Positions 22,751 to 34,485 of a stretch of DNA of 34,485 nt are shown piece after piece. The first letter of the stretch is position 1, and every line of letters begins with the position of its first letter. Position numbers and translations under genes: made by a program. Source of the DNA: Octopus bimaculoides (lineage: Eukaryota); the NCBI RefSeq assembly GCF_001194135.2, contig NC_068989.1:46413322-46447806 (forward strand), in the 5' to 3' direction. The notes beneath the pieces were generated by a model. It saw nothing but the letters and a program-made list of their open reading frames with translations. It searched no databases and was not told where the DNA came from.

Positions 22751-24067
22751 TCTGTATACATAAATGTGTAATGGTGTCTGTCTGTGTGTGAGTTTGGGGG
22801 TTACTCTAACTCCTCCCACACCAATTTTAATGATTTTGGCACATAAGTAGATCACATGCCTTGAAGTTCAAATAAGGCCGGAATTCTTCGAAAAGTCGAT
22901 AATATTCAGTTGGCATCGATTTTTGTGAGATCAGTCGGGCGTTTGAATGGAAATTCCCACAACGATGTTGTTTTTCATGCAGCTTTTGCATTTTTGTCCG
23001 ATTTTGATGAAAATCGATCAGTGAGCGAGGCTCATGGCAGTAAGTTGATATCAGTATATGGCGTTGACAAAAATTCGCTAATTACGCCTGAGCAGTGATT
23101 TTATAAAAATCGATAGGCTTTTTGCATGAAAATACCCATAGGGATTTTATTTTTGGCCGTGACTTTTATATTTTTTGTTCGATTTTAAGAAAATTTTGAG
23201 ATGTAGGCAAATTTTGTGGTGGGGGAGACGGTAAAGGTGTTTATTTAATTCAAAGGGGCTTGAGAAGGACACAAATGCAAATAAGCATGTCCTTAGAAAC
23301 ATTCTTATCGATTTTGTAGAAATTTTACACGTGATTACAGTGCATGTCCATTAGTTGATGGCAGAATGAAGAGTTGACAAAAAATCGGTAATTATGCGTG
23401 AGTGGGGAATTTTAAAAAATCAATAGGCTTTTTGTATGCAATTACCCATAGGATTAATATGTTATGCTTTTTACGGAATTCATCTGATTTTGATGAAATT
23501 TGACATTTAGGTAAAGTTTATGGCCGGAGTCATTTAGTAGAATTAGAATTAAACTGGTGAAAGGCAGAAATCATCAAAATTCCACTCACGATAAAATAAT
23601 GAACTGATTTTGAAGAAAATTGACCAATGAGTAAAATTAAGCACTTCGACATATGAAACATTGATTATTCATATAACGTATTGGGATTTAAAAGTCAATG
23701 GGACATTTTTATGTAAATGGTCACGTGGATTGTATTTTATGATATAACCTCAACACTTGTATTCTGATTTTGCTGAGACTGGATACCCTGATCAATTTTG
23801 TACAGAGGGTGGCATTAAGAGGAGAGAAATAAACAAACATAACTCTTAACGAGTCGAGATACACTAAAAAGTTTGACTGCGATTTCAGACGGTCCAGTAT
23901 GTAACAGTATTTCGAAAGCGTTAACCGGGTAAAATCCCTGCCGAACCAGATATAACATCTTAATGGGTTATAGTTGGGATGGGGAATGTAGAAGATTTCA
24001 ATACAAGGCCAGAGGTGAGCTTAACTTTAACTCAGAAAAAACGAGCAACGCCGTGTCGAACAGCTAG
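22751..24067 (+). mobile_element. Non-autonomous Helitron (~1.3 kb)
   Basis: Sits between A (22750) and T (24068), starts TC and ends CTAG. It has a 5' GTCTGTCTGTGTGTG tract, a subterminal ACGAGCAACGCCGTGT imperfect hairpin, and about 6 internal CCGATTTTGATGAAATTT-like motifs. Confidence 0.8.
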
Positions 24068-24364
24068 TGCAAACATAAGGACTATCAGCAAACCAGCAAA
24101 GCAACAGATCTTGAAAACAAACATGGTCTTGCACAAAGGTTTTGCACACATGAATTAAACTACACAATATTTAAAAAATGGTAAAAAATCTATAATCCAA
24201 AATATTTTTCTCACAGGAAATACTTTTAGGATTTATGCATGTAATACCAGCCCCGTATTTAACACCCTACTATTAGGGATGTGATATTAATGAATTGAAA
24301 TTCTGATGTTTCATGACATAAGAATATTCATGAATCAATGGATAATTGTTCAAGTATCTTATTA

Positions 24365-24404
24365 ACTCAGACACACACACACACGCACACGCACATACAT
24401 ACAA

Positions 24405-24447
<43 letters not shown>

Positions 24448-24628
24448 TAATATATACATGTATGTGCGTGTATATATATATCATATATCTACATATATAT
24501 ATTATATATATATGTACGTATGCATATGTATACATATGTATGTATATATATATAGACAAAATCTTATATAAATACAAACATGTAAGTATCAATATCCACG
24601 TATACATATTTCTGTGTGTATATATATA

Positions 24629-24674
<46 letters not shown>

Positions 24675-24820
24675 TGTGTATGTGTGCGTGTATGAGTGTA
24701 TGTGTATATATATGTATATATATGTGCACATATATAAAATAACCTGTATACACACACACATACACAAACACACACACAAACATTCACATGCACATACACA
24801 CACACATGCACACGTATGTA
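24365..24820. repeat. Complex (CA)/(TA)/(GT) microsatellite cluster
   Basis: Seen directly. Confidence 0.95.
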
Positions 24821-25089
24821 GGTAGGTACACATTATTACTAGTTTATATATGTCTGATGTTTTTGAGGCATATACATAAAATAAATGTCTGTAAGATAAT
24901 TGCTAGAGCGGAGTTTTAATTAGTGCAAAAGTGGTCTGTAACAAGCTGTAATAAATGTGCAATACTTCAGATGCTTCATAAAAGTAGCATAGGTACAATA
25001 ATCCTCAGGAGAATTGAATTTTATATTCATTTAGAGTACTTTAACATGACAGTGCGTGCAGAACACTACTATTAAAAGTTAATGATTAG

Positions 25090-25091
25090 AT

Positions 25092-25130
<39 letters not shown>

Positions 25131-25197
25131 GTGTGTGTGTGTGTGTGCGTGCGTGTGCGTGTGCGTGCGTGCGTGCATGTGTGTGCGTGCGTGCGTG
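25090..25197. repeat. (GT)n/(GTGC)n microsatellite
   Basis: Seen directly. Confidence 0.95.
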
Positions 25198-25650
25198 CAT
25201 GTGTGTGTCTTTTGACTGTATGTGCACACACTTAAAAACACACACATATATAGAGAGAGAGCAGGAGTTGAAGGAGGCGGAGGAGCAGGAGGAGGAGAGA
25301 GGAAGGTAGATTGAGAGATAGACATATGTCTATGTACTTATACATCTATCTATATATATGTATGTGCGTGTGTGTGTGTGTGTGTGTTTGTGAGTGTGTG
25401 TGTGTGTGTGTGTGTTTATATATATTTTTATATCTATACATATATATTGTATATACGTACACACACACACACACACACACCCACACATATATATATAGAT
25501 AGATGTATAAGTACATAGACATATGTCTATCTCTCAATCTACCTTCCTTTCTCCTCCTCCTGCTCCTCCGCCTCCTTCAACTCCTGCTCTCTCTATATAT
25601 ATATGTGTGTTTTTATGTGTGTGCACATACAGTCAAAAGACACACACATG
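25198..25650. repeat. Long near-perfect inverted duplication (arms ~190-220 bp, AT-rich spacer ~40-60 bp)
   Basis: Left arm catgtgtgtgtcttttgactgtatgtgcacacac...gcaggagttgaaggaggcggaggagcagg...gtacttatacatctatc is the reverse complement of the right arm, apart from a few substitutions and microsatellite slips. Confidence 0.95.
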
Positions 25651-25660
25651 ATATATATAT

Positions 25661-26375
25661 CAGTGGTAGGGGCGGTGATCTTTCTAGCTAGGGAGGCAAT
25701 GACCAAAATTTTCTGTCACATAGATATTTGAATCAAATTGACAAGTTCATATTGTGCAATTATTTTTAAAATATAAAAAAAAAATACAATGAAAACTTAC
25801 CTATTTTATTTAAATGTCAATTCAAACCTCTTTTTCTTGTTGAAATTGTGGATTACATCATTTTAGAAGTTACCTTTCTTAATGCTTTTTAAAACGGGTT
25901 TTTCTATGGCAGTTTGAGTTAAACTGCTCCACCTTTCTTGGCCTGCGAATTTCTTGTATAATTATAAACTCTCATTAGGTATAAAAAGGAGCGCTCCACC
26001 GTAGCACTTGTTGCTGGTAGTGTTAATATTAATTCACAAAGCTTCATCAAGTCCACAATTATGCAGAATGTGAAGTAAATCTTGAATGGATTTTCCTTTT
26101 AGCTTAGCATCTTTGTATAAGGCAGTATGTTCGCTTCTTAACCTTTGGCTGTCGAAATAGTCTCCATAAGAATGTTTAGGGCAAGTTAGAGATGTTTCCT
26201 GGGCGTTGTAAAATTTTTCTCATTGAATCGAGAAGTGCTAAAAAGTGTAATTCATTTGAATTTTGAAATCGTATCTCAATTTCCTCGCAGATTATATCTA
26301 TAATTTTATAGAACAGCTGTCTGTATCTATCTTCTGTTTCAAACGCATATTTCTTTTCTTCATTTGAGGATAAAA
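25661..26375 (-). mobile_element. hAT transposon remnant: C-terminal transposase with dimerisation motif and one probable end
   Basis: Minus strand, with frameshifts, reads EDRYRQLFYKIIDIICEEIEIRFQN...YGDYFDSQRLRSEH...LCELILTLPATSATVERSFLYLMRVYNYTRNSQ, the hAT dimerisation-domain motif. CAGTGG at 25661 resembles a hAT terminus. Confidence 0.85.
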
Positions 26376-26526
26376 ACCACCAACGTTAACTCGTGTTGCT
26401 TCCCTTGCACAGATTGTTTGTGTCGTCTGCCACTGCTTGTCATCTTACGTTAATTCCAACAATAAAAATTTGAAGACTATGATGTCATGTATTTTATATT
26501 ACTTTTACAGAATATTAGAAGAACGA

Positions 26527-26680
26527 TCTTATGGCTGTGTAGCACGAACCTTGCTTCACAAACACGTTTCCGCGTTCAGTCCCACTACATGGCCACTTGG
26601 TCAAGTGTCTTGTACTATAACCTCGGGCCGATCAAAGTTTCAATGGATTTTAGGTAGACGGAACCGAAAGTAGCCCGTCG
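26527..26680 (+). mobile_element. tRNA-derived SINE, family B head, followed by (TATC)n at 26681-26760
   Basis: tggctgtgtagc (A-box-like) ... cgttcagtccc (B-box-like) ... caagtgtcttgtactataacctcgggccgatcaaag ... gtagacggaaccgaaagtagcccgtcg. Confidence 0.8.
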
Positions 26681-26749
<69 letters not shown>

Positions 26750-26946
26750 TTATCTATCTAGCATAAAGTTGAAAATGTAGATTCGAATTGCAAAATACAA
26801 TATTTGTTTCTGCACCAGAAATTTCTGATCTTTACTTAATATATCATTATATAAAAGTATTCTATAGATTAATGATTTAAATAAACGTGATTCAGCAACA
26901 ACTGTGTGTCGGTGCTTCATGGGGTAGAACGAATCTTAGGTAAACA

Positions 26947-27091
<145 letters not shown>

Positions 27092-27521
27092 TGAACGATC
27101 CAGATATTGAGACACAAAATGGCTCAATATTTCACGTTTACATCTTTTCCCATTTCATTACAGGATATCGCTGTCAATCAAATCTGGAACCAGCTAAATT
27201 ATTTTAGGAGTAACTTTACTTTAAGGAGTGGAATGTACAAGTTTCTGTAATTCAGACCACCTCATGGTCCCAGGAAACAATACAGAAAAGGCTTTCCCTC
27301 TCAGGATGGGGAGGAAGATGCACTGAAACAAACACTCTGGCTCCTGGACTCGCTCTCACAGATAGCCATCTTCACCCCGATAGCGGTCAGCAAAGGTATG
27401 GTGAGGAGCTCTTCACCACTACAGGCTGGAAAGTAATAGTAATTGTTAATATTGTTAACTCTCTTGTGGCTGTTCTTACTGTTCTTATTTATCTACTAAA
27501 CTATCTTTCCCATTTCCTATA

Positions 27522-27981
27522 CAGTAATCCTTCGCCATAAAGCGGTTCACCTATCGCGTATCGCGGTTTATTATTATTTAAGTTTACTAAGGCAGCGAGC
27601 TGGAAGAACCGTTGGCACGCCGGGTGAAATGCTTGGCGGTATTTCATCTGTCTTTACGTTCTGAATTCCAAACCGCTGAGGTCGACTTTGCTTTCATCCT
27701 TCCAGGGTCGATAAATTAAGTACCAGTTGCGTACTGAGTCAATTTAATCGACTGGCCCAATCCCCCAAAATTTCGGGCCTTGTGCCTAGACTAGAAAAGA
27801 TTATTTAAGCTTACATCGATTCCTCTGTGGTATTGTTCTGCATTTATAATAAAATAACTATATACAAATTATAACAATAATTTTTTAAAATGTACAGTAC
27901 AGTACTGTTTCTACTTCGCCGATTTTTACTTATCGCGGAGGATTTTGGAACGTAACAACCACGATAGTCGAGGGGTTACTG
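27522..27981. mobile_element. Tc1/mariner-pogo (Tigger-like) MITE with nested SINE
   Basis: TA|CAGTAATCCTTCGCC ... CGAGGGGTTACTG|TA: imperfect TIR flanked by TA duplication. Confidence 0.8.
27588..27799 (+). mobile_element. Family A SINE inserted in the Tigger-like MITE
   Basis: Full head aaggcagcgagctggaagaaccg. 15-bp TSD ATTATTTAAG(T/C)TTAC at 27573-27587 and 27800-27814. Confidence 0.9.
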
Positions 27982-28386
27982 TACTATTTGTGATAATATT
28001 TATCCTCGACATCTTTAGTACGGAATCCTGTACTAATATACTGATTATTGCAATTTCTGTTCACATTTCTTTCTACAATATTATCGCATGATTTTCATTC
28101 CTCAAATATTTTGAAATCAATTCTATTGAATAGTTCATGGTATTCCATAGAATATGGTTGTGTCCTTTAAAAGAAATCGTGTACTACACAGTACGTGGAT
28201 CCTATTACATTTGCACTCAACAACACAGAATGCTAAGCCCTTCCAAGCAAACCTTAGAACAACAGGTATTTCGTGAGTGAAGTAATATGATTCAGTGCTT
28301 AGTTTTAATCAAGTAATAATATGCTCAGTATCTTAGGAATATAGAATATAATTACTTATATAAAACAATTATAAATACTGTCTACT

Positions 28387-28836
28387 ATATATATATATAT
28401 ATATATATNNNNNNNNNNNNNNNNNNNNNNNNNNNNNNNNNNNNNNNNNNNNNNNNNNNNNNNNNNNNNNNNNNNNNNNNNNNNNNNNNNNNNNNNNNNN
28501 NNNNNNNNNNNNNNNNNNNNNNNNNNNNNNNNNNNNNNNNNNNNNNNNNNNNNNNNNNNNNNNNNNNNNNNNNNNNNNNNNNNNNNNNNNNNNNNNNNNN
28601 NNNNNNNNNNNNNNNNNNNNNNNNNNNNNNNNNNNNNNNNNNNNNNNNNNNNNNNNNNNNNNNNNNNNNNNNNNNNNNNNNNNNNNNNNNNNNNNNNNNN
28701 NNNNNNNNNNNNNNNNNNNNNNNNNNNNNNNNNNNNNNNNNNNNNNNNNNNNNNNNNNNNNNNNNNNNNNNNNNNNNNNNNNNNNNNNNNNNNNNNNNNN
28801 NNNNNNNNNNNNNNNNNNNNNNNNNNNNNNNNNNNN

Positions 28837-28905
<69 letters not shown>
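28387..28905. other. Assembly gap (N 28409-28836) between (TA)n and (TG)n
   Basis: Seen directly. Confidence 0.98.
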
Positions 28906-28907
<2 letters not shown>

Positions 28908-29619
28908 TGTCTTCGTTATCAGATCTTTTATTACATGTCTATGTTCTGTAGAATTTATTCGACTTAATCTTATTTCTTAGTTTATATTAATCTTCTGAAA
29001 CAAGACATATTTCTAGTCTTCTGATATGTAGCTTAAATCTAATTAAGTTTAATTAATGATTGTGTTTGTGCGTATATCAGTGTGTTTGTGGAGTATATCT
29101 ATATATGTATATGTGTGCTTGCTTGCTTGCATAAAACATTGTGGACCATACATATACAGGTGCGTCGCAGAATATTTGGATGTAATTCAAAATTGAAATG
29201 TTGTTTTCAGTAAAATCTGTATGTCAAAATTTCCAATTCTATTTGATTTGCAAAATTCGAAATTTATTTACTGTGAGTATTTTGTTGGCATGATCTAGTA
29301 CTTATGATATCAACAAAAGAGCTATTTAAATACAAGGTTGTTAGAATATCAGAACATAATATCTGAACATCGGTATGTTGCCCTATATATCATGTTCGTT
29401 AAGAATTGAAATACGAGTACAGAATATCGGTTTGTATTTCATTGGTTCTCTTTTGGTTCCAATGGCTTATGAAATATGTGATGGCATAGGCGTAATATAT
29501 CTGTAACTGAGCTTGAGTTTGATGGAAGCGTAGGTTGTCTCGTAGCATCCTTGATCTTTTTATAGTTACAGCGGTGCAAGTTCGCTACCGCTTTTTATCT
29601 ACACTCTATAAATTGTATA

Positions 29620-30006
29620 GGAGGCGCAATGGCCCAGTGGTTAGGGCAGCGGACTCGCGGTCATAGGATCGCGGTTTCGATTCCCAGACCGGGCGTTGTG
29701 AGTGTTTATTGAGCGAAAACACCTAAAGCTCCACGAGGCTCTAGCAGGGGATGGTGGCGAACCCTGCTGTACTCTTTCACCACAACTTTCTCTCACTCTT
29801 TCTTCCTGTTTCTGTTGTGCCTGTAATTCAAAGGGTCAGCCTTGTCACACTGTGTGTTACGCTGAATATCCCCGAGAAGTACCTTAAGGGTACACGTGTC
29901 TGTGAAGTGCTCAACCACTTGCACGTTAATTTCACGAGCAGGCTGTTCCGTTGATCGGATCAACTGGAACCCTCGACGTCGTAAGCGACGGAGTGCCAAC
30001 AACACC
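29620..30006 (+). mobile_element. Full-length tRNA-derived SINE, family C, with (CAA) tail
   Basis: A box TGGCCCAGTGG, B box GTTTCGATTCC, and perfect 14-bp TSD CTATAAATTGTATA (29606-29619 and 30007-30020). Confidence 0.92.
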
Positions 30007-30399
30007 CTATAAATTGTATATGATGTTCAGTTCAGGTAAGTCCCTTGTCCATTCATTTGGGGATACGCAGACAGGATTGTGGTTGTTTAGGCAATATATG
30101 CATCTGTCAAATCCCGCTGCAACAGTGATTTCGCAACAGTGATTTCGCAACAGCACATGTCCTGTTGGTCGGTTAAAACAAACATTGATTGCTGTATTGT
30201 GATGATGTGATCCAACACATGGGATTCAACATCTGCATGTGACATGAGACAGCAGACCATCAATGACTAGATGCTGTACTTGAAGTGATATAATTCTGTG
30301 CCACACAATCCCCCTTCCAAAGTTTGCAACTTTTGTTTATGAATGAAATAGAAATCTTTATTGACAAAATAATACATTCGAACATTGCTCAAGATCTCA

Positions 30400-30740
30400 C
30401 TCCGGCTTCTTTCTGACCAAGTCAGAATTTACTGACTCGTAAACTCTGCTATATTGCCGTAATGATTGCTTCTTCTTTGCAGGGGTCGTCTCTTTTGTTT
30501 CTGACACATATTGTTCAGACGTTCCAGGGAACAGCTTCATCACAGAAATCTGAGAGTTTTTTTTTTTTATTAACGCCTGTGAGTGTTCCCCTCCGCCACC
30601 ACATAAAGGCTTTGTCCGTTCTCGAGTTGGATCACATTTGGCAATTTTTTGATCGAATCTTGATTCATTTGGATCGTGATTTCGATCGATTTGCCCGTCC
30701 AATTTTCATTATGAACAACAGCGATTTCTAGTATGTTTAT
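30400..30740 (-). mobile_element. Possible Tx1/L1 ORF1 remnant
   Basis: Minus strand reads QTINILEIAVVHNENWTGKSIEITIQMNQDSIKKLPNVIQLENGQSLYVVAEG, resembling the LPxxIxLxxGxxLxVxVEG segment before the ORF1 zinc knuckle. The knuckle itself is not recognisable. Confidence 0.5.
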
Positions 30741-31802
30741 TGTCTGGCTTCTGACTAGTGTTTGAATCTTCCCCTATTTTTATAGGGGTTTCATAGTTCA
30801 AATGAGCATATGCTTTGAACAGGATCTGATTGATAGAGGATAGTCACATGATCGGTCTTCGAAATTTTGGTCTTAGAGGATAGTCACATGACTGATCTTA
30901 GAAATTGATACTAACACACGTTCGTGTGTTAGTATCAACTGACGATATTTGGCGCTGTAAGTTAAGGCTGACATGTCCAAACAATCATCAAATGTTAAGG
31001 ATGCAATGAAAATTACATAGATCAAAGAAAGCTTACTCTTGTAAATAGATTGACCGACAACAAATTCGAGACCCCAGTACCATACAGATTCCACTGAGTG
31101 GACACATAGACTTATGTGCGAAAAAGAAACCCCCCAAATTCCAGGTCTTCCCACGCTACCTATGTTCAGCGAATACCACAGATGAAGCACAGGTAAAGAA
31201 AGAAAATACTTTCTTATACAAGTGCAAACCAAGACTTAACAAACTTTAACAGGGTACATACGCAAATAACTATTCACAAACAAAACTCATTCTGCCACTT
31301 AACATGAGGAACCTACACAGCCAACAACTTAAACTTTAGCCACTAGACTACATAGAAACTACCCCCTGTTCACTCACCAATCAGACATTAAATTTGGAGT
31401 GATTTGATTGTAACTAAACATGCTCACTCAACCGTGTCAGCTTTCTTTTTAGGCGCAATATATACTGTCACCTGACACTAACACACGGACCTAGTGGGAA
31501 ACACAAAAGGTTATAAACCTAATCAAGTGTTCACTCTCTACAAACACTTGACAAAAAACATTCAGAAAATTGATTGCTTGAACATGTTCAGTCAACCGTG
31601 TCAGCCTTAACTTACGACACCAAACATCGTCACTTGATAACAACACACGGACGTAGCGGAGAACCTGCAAAAATCTCTAAGACCAGTCATGCGACTATCT
31701 CCTACCGATCAAATCCTATTCAAAACATATACGAATTTGAGCCATGAACCCGCTATAAAAATAGGACAAGCTTTAAACTAAACACTAGTCAGAAGTAAGA
31801 CA
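30741..31802. mobile_element. Foldback-like element with ~240-bp imperfect inverted arms; no TSD seen
   Basis: Left arm 30741-30986 and right arm 31571-31802 share cttctgactagtgttt, cctatttttatag, ggatagtc.catgact, gtgtgtt..tatcaa.tgacgat and gtaagttaaggctgaca. A partial extra arm copy lies at ~31400-31495. Confidence 0.7.
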
Positions 31803-31945
31803 GCTGTGACGTAAGCCACGTCTTTCTATTTCAAATTTTGAAAACCAGTGTAGACTGTGAAACTGAAAAAAGCTTTAAATATATTAATAAAAATATTTTA
31901 ACTATTCTCAGTGCATTTTCAACTTCTATTTTTCCTATATATATG

Positions 31946-32007
<62 letters not shown>

Positions 32008-32070
32008 TGTTAAATATTCCGCTTGCTTTGTTCTATTTATTTAATCATGAAAATATATTACACATACACA

Positions 32071-32141
<71 letters not shown>

Positions 32142-32235
32142 AGACACACACACGCATAAATATATATGTATGTGTACATCTATCTATCAATCTATCAATC
32201 TATCTGTCTCTGTCTCTCTGTCTCTCTGTCTCTCT
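31946..32235. repeat. (GATA)n, (CA)n and (TC)-rich microsatellites
   Basis: Seen directly. Confidence 0.95.
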
Positions 32236-32429
32236 GGTTATGAAACAAATACCGCATTTGATAAGCTGATAAACGATAGAAACAGTCGTGATGTAGTTAT
32301 CAAAATCGTGAAAGAATAAATTTCTATATTTCAGCAGAGTACAAAATTTAGAAACCCTCTAAATCAACACGTAAAACATGTGCATATCCATGCGAATATC
32401 TCTAACGCTTGTATATAATAACAATCACA

Positions 32430-32520
32430 AAATAAAGATAATGATAATAACAATGGTGATAAGAACAACAACAACAACAACAACAATAATAATGATGATA
32501 ATAATAACAATAATGATAAT
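32430..32520. repeat. (AAC)n/(AAT)n microsatellite
   Basis: Seen directly. Confidence 0.9.
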
Positions 32521-34012
32521 TATTTCCTCATGCTGGTGTTGAAGAATTAGAATTTATTCTTACACATAGTTCGTTACTAAAAGCTATTATACAGACATAT
32601 CTCTGCATTAAGAATCATGATATTAATATATATTCAAAATGTTGTACACATTGCATAGATTAACTAACTGTTACCAAAAGCTATTATGCTCATTATCTAT
32701 CAATACCATAATACATTTTTAAATATTAAAATATCTGATACGGCCTAGCACCAAACACATTTCACATAACAGATGTTATTAAATTACACTCTATTTTAAC
32801 AGTACATTTTAAAATTTATATTCTCCTAAATATTCTTCGAACAAATATCGTACAAAACCTGGTTGTGATTCAAATTGGTTCAAATAGTTACCTAGTGGTG
32901 AATAAAATTTTAGGAAATTTGAATAAATGATTAGCATTCTACAAAGATGAGGGAATGAAATTTTGTACAGGTGTAGGGAAGATTTGTGTCAGGCCGACAC
33001 GATCCAGATCTTTTCAAGAACATCAACCATATTTTCAATAAAAAAAAACAGTGTAAGAGCAACTATTCTTTAAACGGATTAAATTATAAACTTTCAACAT
33101 AGCATATAATATATTACAGCAATATATTTAAATACAAGCATTTTATTTATAATGCCTGTAGAAATAATTGTGTTCAGTTATTGACGTATGTATGCTAATT
33201 ATTTCATCATTGATAAAAAAAAAAAAGCAATGAATAATATAGCAAATAAAATGGAAGTAATACAATTAAAATAGTTATCTAGAATCTAATCTAGTAATTA
33301 TATGTCTAGGGAAAATGTTAAGTGCATTGTATTATAATTTATTTTCATAATAAACTAAATTCCAGCAAACAACAAAAAAAAGTCTCTATAGACTGCTTTA
33401 AGATATTTTTAGAAGTATTTTCTTAATGGATAGAAAAATAGATTGATAAAATTATTTCGATGGATTCGATTGATATAGGGGTATTGCGAATGGAAAATAA
33501 CTGTTGTTACAAGGGATGTATCAAGTAAACGCTAGCGGAGCCCTGACTGAAATATTATCTTAGAATTCAAAACCAAAAGCTACTTGGCCATATTTACGCA
33601 AATAAGCCTGACAAAATAATGTATGTTTAGTAAGATCTGTACGACTAATTACAGGCTGNNNNNNNNNNAGGTGTCAGGTAATGGTGAGTAAGTGATATGG
33701 ACAAACCATAGTTAAGCTCCAGGTTCGATGATTATGCGAATAAGGTGTAAAACGTAGGTCATATATCAGCATGTGTATATATAGATTTTTTTTTTCAGAA
33801 TGAGATAAAAATCCAAGGCTGTGAAGATTTTAGAACATTTATAAATAGAAGGTCTTACAGCTGTTTCCGGAATATTTTTTTAATATCTCTTCATCGGAGA
33901 CAGTGTGAGAAAATGGTTATACAATAGTTAATTTAGATAAGATATATGAAATAGGGAGTGAAGTGGAGGAATGAAAATAGATGTGAGATATGCAGGGATA
34001 TTGCATTTGTAG

Positions 34013-34485
34013 ATCCATTATTTAGGCAGAATGGCATACCTGGTTTATATATATATATATAGAAATATCAACAATAGCAGCGAAATACGAGAGCTCACTA
34101 AACATATCTTCAAATCTAGAAAAGCACCACCAGCCAGCAAACACTTGGACGGGTTCGAACAGGAACTATGGAACATAGTGAAAAACATCAAGTTCAAGAA
34201 CCACCCCCTCAGGCATAACTCTTACCAGAGAAGACTGAAAGAACTACTAAGAACACTGGATACCAAAAATGGTATCCTTACACACTCGGACAAAACGGGG
34301 AACTTATATAATGTAGATACTGACACATACCACGAACTGATACATAGGGAAATGATAAAAAAATATAAAGTTGTACCTAGCACCACTCTAAGAGAGTTAA
34401 ACTTAGAAGCCAGGAATATTATGCTGGATTTCAATATAGACGATAAAACTGAACCATTCACTCCTATCAGACCACGTATAACTAT
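34013..34485 (+). mobile_element. Penelope-like element ORF, pre-RT N-terminal region (probably Naiad-type), open to the window end
   Basis: Stop-free frame with ATG at 34031: HYLGRMAY...IFKSRKAPPASKHLDGFEQELWNIVKNIKFK...HSDKTGNLYNVDTDTYHELI...YKVV...LNLEARNIMLDFNIDDKTE. It fits the FKSxxxPP, FExDL..NIKF and ADKTxNxY motifs. Missed by the ORF track, probably because no stop codon falls inside the window. Confidence 0.7.

Noticed and set aside
29620-29695. tRNA gene
   Set aside because: A and B boxes are present, but they head a 387-bp SINE bounded by a 14-bp TSD.
30119-30153. 14-bp direct repeat GCAACAGTGATTTC, 2.5 copies
   Set aside because: Ordinary slippage duplication.

Overview
AT-rich, microsatellite-dense eukaryotic DNA from a short-read-style scaffold, with N gaps at 14173-14419, 19234-19243, 28409-28836 and 33659-33668. 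The SINE families resemble those I recall from octopus, so the source is probably a coleoid cephalopod (inference, not verified). I find no recognisable host gene; the window looks intergenic or intronic and is mostly transposon debris. It holds decayed RTE, Tx1/L1, probable CR1 and two restriction-like-endonuclease (RLE) LINEs, a Penelope-like ORF running off the right end, about a dozen tRNA-type SINE copies, a hAT transposase remnant, a Tigger-like MITE and a non-autonomous Helitron. The best candidate for an undescribed system is a pair of related non-autonomous DNA elements (10492-11340 and 17266-17876). Both have GG...CC ends, perfect 8-bp target duplications and shared asymmetric ~200-bp arms. 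They differ in outer TIRs and cores, yet each carries a telomeric (TTAGGG)n array, in opposite orientations. Also notable are a ~450-bp near-perfect palindrome next to a hAT end, a ~1.06-kb long-inverted-repeat element with a perfect hairpin, and an RLE retroelement embedded in (TACA)n. Most ORF-track entries are microsatellite read-throughs.
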